Below are positions 16,303 to 26,343 of a DNA stretch of 64,000 bases, piece by piece. The notes below the pieces were generated by a model. It worked only from the letters and a program-made list of their open reading frames with translations. It ran no database searches and had not been told where the DNA came from. Both the position numbers and the translations under genes were made by a program. The DNA comes from Deinococcaceae bacterium (GTDB lineage Bacteria > Deinococcota > Deinococci > Deinococcales > Trueperaceae), in contig JBIQHQ010000003.1 of assembly GCA_044508445.1 (NCBI GenBank), positions 37,696 through 101,695 of the forward strand. The letters run 5' to 3'. Numbering within the stretch: the first letter of the stretch is position 1; each line of letters begins with the position of its first letter.

Positions 16303-18078
16303 CTAGCGCAGCGTGATCGTGAAGTACCGCGGCTCCGACTGCGCGGGACCGCCGCCCGCACCGCCCGAGTCGCGCAGCACGACCTGGAACGTGGCGGAGC
16401 CCGTCCCGAAGGCGGTGAACCGCAGCGTGCCCTGGGCGTCGATCGTGGGCGCGGGGAGGAAGGGCGGCCTGTCGCCGTCGTACCAGGTCACGACGAAGGT
16501 GAGGCCCTGTCCCGCCTCGTCCTCGCCGCCTCCCGGCGACACGTGCTGGGCGAAGCCCTCCACGGTCACGGCCCTGGCGACGCTCGCGTCCACGGTGTCC
16601 CGCAGCAGCTCGAACGTGGGCGGGTCGTTGACCGCCTCCACCTTCACCGTCGCCTTGACGTCCTTGCTGACGGCGCCCAGGCCGTTCCTCACCCTGTAGG
16701 TGAACGCGAAGGGCCTCACGTCGTCGCTCTCGGGGCGGAACGTGAAGGAGCCGTCCGCCGCCAGGTCGAGGTCGCCGTGGTCGTCGGCCGACACCAGCTC
16801 CACCGTGGCGTCGTCCCCCGCCGCGTCGTTCGCCAGCACGCCGGGGGCCGGCACGCTCAGCTCGGTGTCCTCCGGCGTGGCGTACTGGTCGGGCTTCACC
16901 GCGGGCGGGGGGACGAGCTCCAGCGACACCTCGGCGGTGGGTCCCGCCACGTCGTGGGCGCCGCGGAGGCGGTAGGAGAACGTCACGCCCGACGGGGGGC
17001 GGCCGGGCGGGGAGTAGGTGAAAGACCCGTCGGCGCCGAGGTCGAGCTCCCCCGGACCCGCGAACTCCACGAGCTCGGCCCGCGCGCCACCGCCGGCCTC
17101 GTCGTTGGCCAGCACGCCCGGCGCGGCGACGTCGGAGGGGGCGTCGGCCCTCAAGGCGAAGGCGTCGGGCTCCGCCACCGGCGTCACGGCGGCCACGACC
17201 GTCACGTACGTGAGGCCGCGCACGCCGGCCACGCAGAAGCCCTGGCCGGTCTCGCAGGCCCCGGCCAGGCCGAGGAGCCGGGAGCGGTCGGGGTCGGCGG
17301 GCGCCGCGTTCACGCTCACCTGCAGGACGCTGCCGGACGTGTAGGTGAAGCCGAGGAGGCAGTCGGCGTCGGGGCGCACCTCGCAGGCGTCGAAGCCCCT
17401 GTCGTCCGGCGGGGAGACGGTGACCTCCACGGGGGCGTCGCCGTCGAGGCCGAGCCGCAGCACGTGGGAGCGGAACAGGGCGGTCACCGTCGTGTCCTCG
17501 TCCACGACGAGGCGACAGGCGGGCGTGGGCGGGCAGGGCGCCCCGAACCCCGCGAACGCGGCGTCACCGTCGCTGCCGGACAGCGAGGCCTCCGACCCCG
17601 GCGCGAGGCCCACCACGCAGTCGTCGCTGCAGGTCAGCGGCCCGGCTCCCCCCTCCACCGACACGGTGCCCTGGCCGTCCAGGTCCAGCGTGAGGCGCAC
17701 CCCGGGCAGCGGGGCCACGGGACCGGCGTCCTGGACCACGGGCACGCCGGGCCCGTCCGGACCGACGGCGGCCACGGCGTAGCCGTAGGAGACCCCCGGC
17801 TCGGCCGTGTAGTCGGCGTGCTCCCTGGCCTCGCCGGGGACGCGCGCCAGCTCGGCCATCCCTCCGCCGGCGGCTGCCCTGTAGACGACGAACGACTCGG
17901 CGCCGTCACCCCCCGACCAGGCCACGAGGACGCCGGCGGGGACCGGCGTGGCGGTGACGTCGCCCACCGGCCCGGGGCGCGGGCTCGGCGCGCCGCACGA
18001 CGCCAGGCACGCGGCCAGCCCGAGCGCCGCGCCTACGGCCCTCAGCCGCCGGATGGGGTGCTGCGCACGCTGGGACAC
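16303..18078 (-). CDS. surface lipoprotein with FN3-like and tandem cadherin/Ig-like (GVLAND) repeats
   Basis: Lipoprotein-type signal [13 protein letters not shown]3-like [17 protein letters not shown]...YGYAVAAV. Two ~90-aa modules containing APGVLAND...DGSFT(Y/F), plus a VNDPPTF motif. GGAGGA lies 6 nt before the GTG start. Confidence 0.7.
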   Translation of the reverse strand: MSQRAQHPIRRLRAVGAALGLAACLASCGAPSPRPGPVGDVTATPVPAGVLVAWSGGDGAESFVVYRAAAGGGMAELARVPGEAREHADYTAEPGVSYGYAVAAVGPDGPGVPVVQDAGPVAPLPGVRLTLDLDGQGTVSVEGGAGPLTCSDDCVVGLAPGSEASLSGSDGDAAFAGFGAPCPPTPACRLVVDEDTTVTALFRSHVLRLGLDGDAPVEVTVSPPDDRGFDACEVRPDADCLLGFTYTSGSVLQVSVNAAPADPDRSRLLGLAGACETGQGFCVAGVRGLTYVTVVAAVTPVAEPDAFALRADAPSDVAAPGVLANDEAGGGARAELVEFAGPGELDLGADGSFTYSPPGRPPSGVTFSYRLRGAHDVAGPTAEVSLELVPPPAVKPDQYATPEDTELSVPAPGVLANDAAGDDATVELVSADDHGDLDLAADGSFTFRPESDDVRPFAFTYRVRNGLGAVSKDVKATVKVEAVNDPPTFELLRDTVDASVARAVTVEGFAQHVSPGGGEDEAGQGLTFVVTWYDGDRPPFLPAPTIDAQGTLRFTAFGTGSATFQVVLRDSGGAGGGPAQSEPRYFTITLR

Positions 18079-18184
18079 CGGTCGTCCTCCCTGGGCGGTG
18101 CGTGGAGCGTCTCGACGCGCCCAGGGTAGCGGCGCGCGGGGGAAGCTTCGATGAGACCCGCGCGCTAACGCCGGCGGCGCCCGC

Positions 18185-19594
18185 CTAGCCGGCCCGCAGC
18201 CGCCGCTCGAGCAGGCGGCGGGCGAGGTCCGGCTTGGCCGTCCCGCGGGTGGCGCGCATGACCTCGCCCAGCAGGGCGTTCAGCGCCTTTGGGTTCACCC
18301 TCACCCTCTCGACGAGCTCGGGGTTCGCCCTCACGACCTCGTCGACGACGCCCGCCAGCTCGTCCTCGTCGCTCACCTGCGCCAGGCCGCGCGCGGCCAC
18401 GAGGTCGGCGGGGTCGGCGCCCGCCAGCACCTCGCCCAGCAGGCCCTTGGCCGTGGGCCCCGACACCCTGCCCTCCTCGACGAGCGAGACGAGCCGGGCG
18501 AGGCCCGCCGCCGGGAACGTCTCCGGCTCGAGCCGGCGACCGGCGGACGCCAGGGCGCCGGCGACGTCCACCGTGAGCCAGGCGGCCAGGGCGCGGGCGT
18601 GCCGCGGCGCGGCGGCGAGGGCGTCGTCGTAGGCGCGCGCCAGGGCCGGGTCGTAGGCCAGCAGGCGGGCGTCCTCGGCGCGCAGGCCGAGGGCCGCGTA
18701 GCGCTCGGCGCGCCGCCTGGGCAGCTCGGGCAGGGCGACCGCCAGCTCCCTGGTCCTGTCACGGAGGTCGATGCTCGGCAGGTCGGGGTCGGCTAGGTAC
18801 CTGTAGTCCTCCGACCCCTCCTTGACGCGCAGCGTGTAGGTGCGCTGGCCGCCCTCGTTGAAGCCGCGCGTCTCCTGCACCACGGCGCGCCCCGCCTCCA
18901 GCAGGCGCTCCTGGCGCCGCGCCTCGAACGCCACGGCCGACGCGACGTTGCGGAACGAGTTGAGGTTCTTGACCTCCACCTTCGTGCCCGGCCGTCCGTC
19001 CGGGCCGCGCAGCGAGACGTTCACGTCGGCGCGCATCTTGCCCTCCTCGGGCGAGGCGTCGGACACGCCCGTGGCGCGCGCGATCGCCTGCACCTCCTCG
19101 AGGAACGCCCTGGCCTCCTCCGGCGAGGCGATGTCCGGCTCGGTGACGAGCTCGACGAGCGGCGTGCCGGCGCGGCCCAGGTCGACGAGCGAGTAGGGGG
19201 CGTAGGGCGGGTGCACCGACCTCCCGGCGTCCTCCTCCAGGTGGCAGTGCGCGATGCGCACGACCTTCCCGTCCGGCAGCGCCACGGCGCCGCCGCGGCC
19301 TATGGGCAGGGCGTGCTGGCTGATCTGGTAGTTCTTCGGCGAGTCGGGGTAGAAGTAGTGCTTCCTGTCGAACCGCGCCGCCGGGGCGACCTCGGCGCCC
19401 AGCGCCAGCGCGAAGGTGACGGCCAGGTCGAGCGCCCTCTCGTTCACCACGGGCAGGGTGCCGGGCAGGCCCAGGCAGACGGGGCAGACGTGCTCGTTGG
19501 GATCGCCGCCGGCGTCGGCGCGGCAGGCGCAGAAGAGCTTCGTGGCGGTCCGCAGCGCCAGGTGCACCTCGAGACCGACCACCGGCTCGAACAT
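18185..19594 (-). CDS. gatB: Asp/Glu-tRNA(Asn/Gln) amidotransferase subunit B
   Basis: MFEPVVGLEVHLALRTATKLFC ... CPVCLGLPGTLPVVN, full-length GatB pattern with a C-terminal YqeY-like domain. Confidence 0.95.
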   Translation of the reverse strand: MFEPVVGLEVHLALRTATKLFCACRADAGGDPNEHVCPVCLGLPGTLPVVNERALDLAVTFALALGAEVAPAARFDRKHYFYPDSPKNYQISQHALPIGRGGAVALPDGKVVRIAHCHLEEDAGRSVHPPYAPYSLVDLGRAGTPLVELVTEPDIASPEEARAFLEEVQAIARATGVSDASPEEGKMRADVNVSLRGPDGRPGTKVEVKNLNSFRNVASAVAFEARRQERLLEAGRAVVQETRGFNEGGQRTYTLRVKEGSEDYRYLADPDLPSIDLRDRTRELAVALPELPRRRAERYAALGLRAEDARLLAYDPALARAYDDALAAAPRHARALAAWLTVDVAGALASAGRRLEPETFPAAGLARLVSLVEEGRVSGPTAKGLLGEVLAGADPADLVAARGLAQVSDEDELAGVVDEVVRANPELVERVRVNPKALNALLGEVMRATRGTAKPDLARRLLERRLRAG

Positions 19595-19602
19595 GGGCTC
19601 AG

Positions 19603-19608
19603 AGTGTA
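19603..19608 (-). promoter_or_regulatory. -10-like hexamer TACACT, 8 nt upstream of the gatB ATG 19594
   Basis: The minus strand reads gggTACACTctgagcccATG. It sits within the 41-bp divergent intergenic region. Confidence 0.5.
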
Positions 19609-19623
19609 CCCAAGCGCCCGGGC

Positions 19624-19629
19624 TATCAT
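19624..19629 (+). promoter_or_regulatory. -10-like hexamer TATCAT, 6 nt upstream of ATG 19636
   Basis: gcTATCATgccgccATG, with no SD. Confidence 0.5.
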
Positions 19630-19635
19630 GCCGCC

Positions 19636-20055
19636 ATGGTCAAGGTGGAGCTGGAGGAGATCGCCGTCTCCGGGGACGAGAACCAGTTCCTCGCCTTGCT
19701 GAAGAGCGGGGAGGGCGAGATCCTCCCCATAGCGATCGACGCGATGCAGGCGATCTCGATAGCCGCGGGCCGCTCGAACGAGAAGCTCGAGCGGCCGCTC
19801 ACCCACGACCTGTTCGTGTCGGTGCTGGAGCTGCTGGGCGTGCAGGTGGCCCGGGTCGAGGTCACGGACCTCGTCGACGGCACCTACTACGCGATGCTGA
19901 TCCTCGAGCGGGGCGGCGTGCGCTTCGACGTCGACGCCCGCCCCTCGGACGCCCTGGCGCTGGCGGTGCGCGTCAAGGCGCCCGTGTACGTCGCCAAGCA
20001 CGTGCTCGAGCAGAGCGCTCTGCGCGACGAGTTCGGCGGCGGCGCCGAGGCCTGA
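19636..20055 (+). CDS. bifunctional nuclease family protein (DUF151/BFN)
   Basis: 139 aa; MVKVELEEIAVSGDENQFLALLKS...ILPIAIDAMQAISIA...RPLTHDLF is typical of the BFN family. Confidence 0.8.
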   Translation: MVKVELEEIAVSGDENQFLALLKSGEGEILPIAIDAMQAISIAAGRSNEKLERPLTHDLFVSVLELLGVQVARVEVTDLVDGTYYAMLILERGGVRFDVDARPSDALALAVRVKAPVYVAKHVLEQSALRDEFGGGAEA

Positions 20056-20098
20056 GCGGGCCCGCGGCGGCGCCTGTCGGCCCCCGTGCCCGGGGCGC

Positions 20099-20608
20099 CT
20101 ACCCCTGCAGGTGCGACTCGACGAAGTAGAGCTGCAAATCGGCCGCGCGCGAGGCCTCGGTGAAGAGGTCCACGGTCGTGGGGTCGCCGTGGGTCTCGGC
20201 CTCGGCGATGGCCGTGCGCAGGGCCCCGCAGTAGGCGGCCAGCCGCTCGCGCACCGCCTCCAGGTGGTCCCGTCCCGCGGCCAGGCCGTCCGGGTACTCC
20301 TCCAGCCGCGACGACGCTGACGCCATGCGCACGGTGCCGAGCGCGACCCCGCCCAGCGTCGTGGCGCGCTCGGCCAGCTCGTCCACGAAGGGGAACAGCG
20401 CCTCGGCGACCCCGTCGAAGAGGAGGTGGAGCTGCCGGAAGTCGGGCCCCTTGACGTTCCAGTGCGCCTGCTTGGCCATCGAGTAGAGGTCGAAGGTGTC
20501 CGCCAGGAGCTGGTTGCACAGCGCCACCAGGGCGCCGCGCTCCTTCTCCGGCACGTCGATGCGCGTCGCGTAGAGCTTCCCCTGCTTGGTCCTCGTCTTC
20601 GTCGCCAT
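20099..20608 (-). CDS. dps: Dps family DNA-protection/ferritin-like protein
   Basis: LNQLLADTFDLYSMAKQAHWNVKGPDFRQLHLLFD is the Dps signature. ATG 20608 is preceded by GGGAGG. Confidence 0.9.
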   Translation of the reverse strand: MATKTRTKQGKLYATRIDVPEKERGALVALCNQLLADTFDLYSMAKQAHWNVKGPDFRQLHLLFDGVAEALFPFVDELAERATTLGGVALGTVRMASASSRLEEYPDGLAAGRDHLEAVRERLAAYCGALRTAIAEAETHGDPTTVDLFTEASRAADLQLYFVESHLQG

Positions 20609-20686
20609 GTCGCCTCCCACGGGCCCGGCCGGAGCCGGGCCCTCACCGCACGCTAGGCGGCCGGGCGATGAGATGCGGTGACGACC

Positions 20687-21919
20687 TCAGCCGCGCAGCG
20701 CCGCCACGGCCGCCGCCATGGCCTCGCCGAGCCGCCCTCGGTCCGGACCGGCGCCCTGCGCGCGGTCTGGCCGGCCCCCGCCCCGGCCGCCCAGCACCGC
20801 GAGGGCGGCCGCCAGCGCGGGTCGCACGTCGACGCCGGCGCCGGGCCCGGCGAGGAACGACAGCCGCGCCGCGTCCCCCGCGCGCGCGGCGAGGAGCGAG
20901 ACGCACGAGGGCTCGCCCTGCAGGCGCTCGACCAGCGGGTCGAGCAGGGGCTCGTCGCCGGCTTCCAGCGCGTGCGCCAGCAGCCTGACGCCGCCCGGCA
21001 GCTCGTCCGCGGCGCCCCGCAGCAGCTCCGCGGCCAGGCCGTCGGCGAGGCGGGCGCGGGCGCGGGCCAGCTCGTGCTCGAGCTCGGTCGCGCGGCCGGC
21101 CAATGCGCGCACGCGGTCCGGGTGCTCGGCCGGCGGCGCGCTCAGCAGCGCGGCGAGGTCCCTGGCGACGGCGTGCTTGAGGGCGTGGTCGGCGATCGCC
21201 TCGGCCCCGGCCCTGAACGTGACGCGCGTGAGGCCGCCGCGCACGCGCTCTAGGCCCATGACCTTCACCGGCAGCGCCTCGGCGCTGCTCCTCAGGTGTG
21301 TGCCGCCGCAGGCCACGAGGTCGTAGTCGCCCACGGCCACGAGCCGCACCAGGCCGCGCACCTTGGGCGGCCGGCGCAGCCGGTAGTGGCCCAGCCCCTC
21401 CTCGGGCACCTCGAAGGTCATCACCGGCAGCGCGCGCCGGGCCGCGGCGTTCACCTCCTCCTCGGCGGCGGCCAGGGCCTCCTCGTCGGGCTCACCGGTG
21501 AGGTCTAGGGTGCAGTCGGGCCCGCGCATGCTCACCGAGCGGGTGTGGTAGCCGGGCTCGCCGCCGTCCACCGCGCCGCGCGCGGCGCCCACGCGCACGA
21601 AGGCCTGCGAGAGCAGGTGCTGGGCGGTGTGGCGCTGCATGTGGGCGTAGCGGCGCTGCCAGTCGACCTCGCCGACCACGGTGTCGCCCACGTCGGGCGC
21701 GTCGCCCGGCTCGAGCCGGTGCCAGACCTCATCGCCGCGCGCCTCGACGTCCACGACGCGCCGGCCGGCGAGCACGCCCGTGTCGTGGGGCTGGCCGCCC
21801 GCCGTCGGGTAGAACGCGGAGCGGTCGAGGCGCAGCCAGGCGCCCCCCTCGGCCGCCTCCAGGCCCGTAACGGTGGCCTCGAACCGCGTCAGGTAGCTGT
21901 GCAGCCTGTCGAGTCGCAC
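20687..21919 (-). CDS. alaX: alanyl-tRNA editing protein AlaX-L type (AlaRS editing domain plus DHHA1-like C-terminus)
   Basis: HTAQHLL and CGGTHL zinc motifs, with N-terminus DRLHSYLTRFEATV. Start set at GTG 21919 (7 nt after TACTGT); the track start is 21988. Confidence 0.8.
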   Translation of the reverse strand: MRLDRLHSYLTRFEATVTGLEAAEGGAWLRLDRSAFYPTAGGQPHDTGVLAGRRVVDVEARGDEVWHRLEPGDAPDVGDTVVGEVDWQRRYAHMQRHTAQHLLSQAFVRVGAARGAVDGGEPGYHTRSVSMRGPDCTLDLTGEPDEEALAAAEEEVNAAARRALPVMTFEVPEEGLGHYRLRRPPKVRGLVRLVAVGDYDLVACGGTHLRSSAEALPVKVMGLERVRGGLTRVTFRAGAEAIADHALKHAVARDLAALLSAPPAEHPDRVRALAGRATELEHELARARARLADGLAAELLRGAADELPGGVRLLAHALEAGDEPLLDPLVERLQGEPSCVSLLAARAGDAARLSFLAGPGAGVDVRPALAAALAVLGGRGGGRPDRAQGAGPDRGRLGEAMAAAVAALRG

Positions 21920-21997
21920 GCCCACAACAGTAGCCCGCCGGCCTGCGTACACCGGCGGGGGCGCCGCCGGAGGGCCTTGGGCTAGCATGACAGCCCA

Positions 21998-22600
21998 GTG
22001 AGAGAAGCCAGGGTGGACTTCGGACGCGTCGACGACTTCGACGAGGTGGGCGAGACCAGTCTCGAGCCCCTCATCGCGCAGCTCATCACCGGCCTCGGCG
22101 AGGACGTGACGCGCGAGGGCATGGTGAGGACCCCGCAGCGGGTGGAGCGCTCGCTGCGGTACCTGACCAGCGGCTACGCCCAGGACCCCAGGCAGGTGAT
22201 CAACGGCGCGCTCTTCCGCGCCGAGAGCTCGGAGATGGTAGTCCTCACGGGCATCGAGTTCTACTCGCTATGCGAGCACCACATGCTGCCGTTCTTCGGC
22301 ACGGCGGCCATAGGCTACGTGCCGGGGGAGAGGATCCTCGGCCTGTCGAAGTTCGCCCGCGTGATCGACGTCTTCGCCCGCCGCATGCAGGTGCAGGAGC
22401 GCATGACCGCCCAGATCGCCGACGCGCTGGAGGAGATACTCGAGCCCCAGGGCGTGGCCGTGGTGACCCGGGCCAGCCACCTGTGCATGATGATGCGCGG
22501 CGTCGAGAAGCAAGGCTCGGTCACCGTGACGAGCGCCATGCGCGGCATCTTCAGGCAGGACGCACGCACCCGCCAGGAGTTCATGCAGGCGATCGGCTGA
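21998..22600 (+). CDS. folE: GTP cyclohydrolase I
   Basis: REGMVRTPQRV ... FYSLCEHHMLPFFG ... RMQVQERMT, the classic FolE motifs. Confidence 0.95.
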   Translation: MREARVDFGRVDDFDEVGETSLEPLIAQLITGLGEDVTREGMVRTPQRVERSLRYLTSGYAQDPRQVINGALFRAESSEMVVLTGIEFYSLCEHHMLPFFGTAAIGYVPGERILGLSKFARVIDVFARRMQVQERMTAQIADALEEILEPQGVAVVTRASHLCMMMRGVEKQGSVTVTSAMRGIFRQDARTRQEFMQAIG

Positions 22601-22736
22601 GGGGTCCTCCGGCGCAGTGCGCGCCGGCGACGGTCACCGCGTCCCGCCGACGGTGGTCACGGCGCCGCCGGCTCGCCGGGCCCCGGCCCGGCTCGCAGGC
22701 GGGCCGCTCGGCCAGGGCGCGCCGCGCGGCTCAGCC

Positions 22737-23510
22737 TCACAGCGCGTTCGCACGCAGCCACGCGGCCACGCCGCCGCGCTCGGGGGCGGCGACGCGCTCG
22801 TGGGCCGCGGCCACGGCGTCAGGGTGCGCGTCGGGCCCCACGGCCACGGCGTGCCCGGCCCAGCGCAGCATGCTCACGTCGTTGAGGCCGTCGCCGAAGG
22901 CCACGACCTGGTCGCGGGGCACCCCGAGGAGCTCGGCTATGCGCGCCAGGGCGGAGCCCTTGTCGCCGCCGGTGGGCACGACCTCGAGCCAGCCGTCGCC
23001 CCAGGAGTAGCGCACCAGGTGCGGGTGGCTGCGCGCCAGGCGCGCGTCGATCTCGGCGCTGCGCCCGTTGGCGTGGAACACGACCTTGTCGGCCGCCAGG
23101 GCGAGGCCCTCGGCGTACTTGGCGACGACGCGGCCCTGCGCGTGCGCGTGCAGCCAGCGCTCGTGCGCCGGGTCGCGCACGTAGATGTGGTCGTCCACCA
23201 CGCAGGAGAACTCGAGCTCGGCGTCGGCCAAGAAGGCCCCCAGGATCGCCCTCACGTCCTCGTCGCGGAGGCGCTTCCTGTCGATGAGCGAGCCGTCGGC
23301 GGCGAGGATCGTGGAGCCGTGGTTCACGGCGTGCGGCCTGTCGACGGCGAGGCGCTCGAGGTACCCCCTGGCGGCGACCAGCGGCCGGCCCGTGAGCACC
23401 GTGACGTGGTGTCCGGCGTCGCGCGCCGCCGCCACCGCGTCGACGACGTCGTCCGGCAGCGTGAAGTCGTCGGCGACGAGCGTCTTGTCCAGGTCGAAGG
23501 CGAGGAGCAT
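22737..23510 (-). CDS. Cof-type HAD-IIB family phosphatase
   Basis: MLLAFDLDKTLV (DxD motif), VTVLTGRP, GDKGSAL and AFGDGLNDVSML. Confidence 0.85.
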   Translation of the reverse strand: MLLAFDLDKTLVADDFTLPDDVVDAVAAARDAGHHVTVLTGRPLVAARGYLERLAVDRPHAVNHGSTILAADGSLIDRKRLRDEDVRAILGAFLADAELEFSCVVDDHIYVRDPAHERWLHAHAQGRVVAKYAEGLALAADKVVFHANGRSAEIDARLARSHPHLVRYSWGDGWLEVVPTGGDKGSALARIAELLGVPRDQVVAFGDGLNDVSMLRWAGHAVAVGPDAHPDAVAAAHERVAAPERGGVAAWLRANAL

Positions 23511-23686
23511 CCGCAGCAGGTTACCCCGCCGCAGCGCCGCTCCAGGCGCCCCGGGCTGCGTCGCGCGCCCTCCTCCCCGGCGTTGTCGCGCTTCGCTCTC
23601 CTGCCGTCGGGGACGGCTCCGGGGCGGGGTGTACGATTACCGAGGCGCCTCGTCGAGGCGGTCGGCTCGCTCGTACGGAGGTTGGC

Positions 23687-24046
23687 ATGTACCGAGGCCG
23701 CGAGGGCCAGTGGGCGTACTTCCTGCACCGCATCTCCGGTGTCGCCCTGGCGCTCTATCTGCTGCTGCACGTGTTCGACATCAGCCTGGTGATGTACGGC
23801 CCGCAGGGCCCCTTCAACCGCTTCCTGCTCTTCTACCACCAGTGGCCGTTCCGCGTCGGCCTGATCCTGATCATCGCCGGCGTCGTCTACCACGCACTGA
23901 ACGGCCTCCGCATCATCCTCCTCGACTTCACGCCCTGGGCGATCCGCTACCAGCGCGTGATGTGGTACGGCGTCCTGGGCATCACGGCCGTCATCGGCAT
24001 ACCCGTGCTCATCAAGATCGTCCCCGAGATCATCGGAGGCGCCTGA
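23687..24046 (+). CDS. sdhC: succinate dehydrogenase cytochrome b subunit
   Basis: 119-aa three-TM protein directly upstream of sdhD/A/B (HRISGVALALYLLLH). GGAGG lies 5 nt before the ATG. Confidence 0.8.
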   Translation: MYRGREGQWAYFLHRISGVALALYLLLHVFDISLVMYGPQGPFNRFLLFYHQWPFRVGLILIIAGVVYHALNGLRIILLDFTPWAIRYQRVMWYGVLGITAVIGIPVLIKIVPEIIGGA

Positions 24047-24047
24047 G

Positions 24048-24494
24048 GTGGCCGTGGAAGCCCCCGCCACCAGGGCGCCGCGGCCGCGCACCCTGCGGGA
24101 GGCGCGCGTCGCCTACGACACCAACGCCGAGCTCGCCTGGTGGGTGTTCATGCGCATCAGCGGCTTCCTGCTGGTGTTCCTCGTCTTCGCCCACGTGTTC
24201 GTGAACAACATCGTCATCAACGCCGGCACCATCGACTACGACTACGTCGCCCAGCGCCTGGCGCAGCCGGCGGTGCGGGTCATGGACTCGTTCCTGCTGG
24301 GCCTGGCGCTGCTGCACGGTACGAACGGCCTGCGCTACGTCGTGGACGACCACATCAGGCGCCCGCAGGCGCGCTTCTGGGTCAAAGCGGTCCTCTACAC
24401 GGCGGTCGCCGCCGTCTTCGTCGTCGGCGTCATGACCCTGTGGACGTACACGTTCGACGAGATGGGCGAGGCCGTCAGGAACCTCGGCCAGTGA
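24048..24494 (+). CDS. sdhD: succinate dehydrogenase hydrophobic membrane anchor subunit
   Basis: 148-aa membrane protein between sdhC and sdhA. It starts 1 nt after the sdhC stop. Confidence 0.75.
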   Translation: MAVEAPATRAPRPRTLREARVAYDTNAELAWWVFMRISGFLLVFLVFAHVFVNNIVINAGTIDYDYVAQRLAQPAVRVMDSFLLGLALLHGTNGLRYVVDDHIRRPQARFWVKAVLYTAVAAVFVVGVMTLWTYTFDEMGEAVRNLGQ

Positions 24495-24531
24495 GCGGAG
24501 CGCCGCGGGTCCTGGGGGCGAAGAGGGGTAG

Positions 24532-26271
24532 ATGAGCGACTTCCACAGGTTCGACGTCATCGTCGTGGGCGCCGGCGGCGCCGGGCTCATGGCCGCGCGC
24601 TACGCGGCGCAGCACCCCGGCGTGTCGGTCGCCGTGATCTCGAAGCTCTACCCGACCCGCTCGCACACGGGTGCCGCGCAGGGCGGCGTGGGCGCTGCGC
24701 TCGGCAACGTCAGCGAGGACCACCCCGAGTGGCACGCCTTCGACACGGTCAAGGGCGGTGACTACCTCACCGACCAGGACGTCGCCGAGGTCTTCGCCCA
24801 CGAGGTCATCGAGGCGGTCTACGAGCTGGAGCACATGGGCCTGCCCTTCAGCAGGCTGCCCAACGGCAAGATCGCCCAGCGCAAGTTCGGGGGGCACACC
24901 CGCGACCACGGCAAGGCCGCCGTGGAGCGCGCCTGCTACGCCGCCGACCGCACCGGCCACATGATCCTGCAGACGCTCTACCAGCAGTCCATAAAGGACG
25001 ACGTGCGGTTCTTCAACGAGTTCCACGTCCTCGACCTGATCATCGAGGGCGGGGCCTGCCGCGGCGTCGTCGCCTACGAACTGGCCACCGGCGTGCTGCA
25101 CACGTTCCTCGCCAAGGCCGTGATCGTCGCGACCGGCGGCAACGGGCGCATGTTCAAGGTCACCTCGAACGCGCACGCGCTTACGGGCGACCTCATGAGC
25201 ATCGCGTTCCGCCGCGGGATACCCATCGAGGACCCGGAGTTCTACCAGTTCCACCCCACGGGCCTCTACAAGATCGGCGTCCTGCTCACGGAGGGCGCGC
25301 GCGGCGAGGGCGGCATCCTGCGCAACGGCGAGGGCGAGCGGTTCATGGAGCGCTACGCGCCCACGATCAAGGACCTCGCCCCCAGAGACATGGTGAGCCG
25401 CGCCATGTACCTCGAGATCCGCGAGGGGCGCGGGGCGGGGCCGAACAAGGACTACATACACCTCGACCTCACCCACCTGGACCCTCACATCATCGAGGAG
25501 CGCCTGCCCGACATCACCGAGTTCGCGCGCATCTACCTGGGCGTGGACCCGGTGAAGGAGCTGGTGCCCATACAGCCCACGGCGCACTACGCGATGGGCG
25601 GCATCCCCACGACCATCGACACCAACGTGATCCTCGACGGGAACAACACGGTGCTGCCGGGCCTCTACGCCGCCGGGGAGGTGGCCTGCGCCAGCCTCCA
25701 CGGGGCCAACCGCCTGGGCACGAACTCGCTGGGCGACCTCCTGGTCTTCGGCCGCCGCGCCGGGCGCAACGCCGCGTCCTTCGCGTCCTCCGCCGAGTTC
25801 GGCACGCTGCCCAAGGACGTCAAGGACCGCGCCCGCGAGATGGTCGACAAGGCCATGAACGGACCGCGCCACGAGCGCGTCTCCCAGCTCAGGGCCGAGC
25901 TGCAGGCGTCGATGATGGACAACGCCTCGGTCTTCCGCACCCACGAGACGCTCACGGCGCAGGCGGCGAAGCTCGAGGAGCTGGAGCGGCGCTACGAGCT
26001 CATAGGCGTGGAGGACAAGGGCAAGGTCTACAACACCGAGCTGATGGAGGCCCTGGAGCTCGGCTTCCTGCTCGACAACGCCAAGCTGCTGGTGCACGCC
26101 GCCCTCAACCGCAAGGAGTCGCGGGGCGCGCACTCCCGCGAGGACTACCAGGAGCGCGACGACGCCAACTGGCTCAAGCACACCCTCGTGCACAAGGACG
26201 AGGGCGGCCTGCGCATCGACTACAAGCCCGTGACGCTGGGCCGCTACGAGCCCAAGCCACGCGTCTACTAG
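24532..26271 (+). CDS. sdhA: succinate dehydrogenase flavoprotein subunit
   Basis: [25 protein letters not shown] (FAD-linking His) and HPTG...EGARGEGG. Confidence 0.97.
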   Translation: MSDFHRFDVIVVGAGGAGLMAARYAAQHPGVSVAVISKLYPTRSHTGAAQGGVGAALGNVSEDHPEWHAFDTVKGGDYLTDQDVAEVFAHEVIEAVYELEHMGLPFSRLPNGKIAQRKFGGHTRDHGKAAVERACYAADRTGHMILQTLYQQSIKDDVRFFNEFHVLDLIIEGGACRGVVAYELATGVLHTFLAKAVIVATGGNGRMFKVTSNAHALTGDLMSIAFRRGIPIEDPEFYQFHPTGLYKIGVLLTEGARGEGGILRNGEGERFMERYAPTIKDLAPRDMVSRAMYLEIREGRGAGPNKDYIHLDLTHLDPHIIEERLPDITEFARIYLGVDPVKELVPIQPTAHYAMGGIPTTIDTNVILDGNNTVLPGLYAAGEVACASLHGANRLGTNSLGDLLVFGRRAGRNAASFASSAEFGTLPKDVKDRAREMVDKAMNGPRHERVSQLRAELQASMMDNASVFRTHETLTAQAAKLEELERRYELIGVEDKGKVYNTELMEALELGFLLDNAKLLVHAALNRKESRGAHSREDYQERDDANWLKHTLVHKDEGGLRIDYKPVTLGRYEPKPRVY

Positions 26272-26343
26272 GAGCGTCATGCGGGACACGACGGCGATCG
26301 GATCGAGCTTGCGGCTGGCCCGGCGGGCCCGGTAGGGAGCGTC

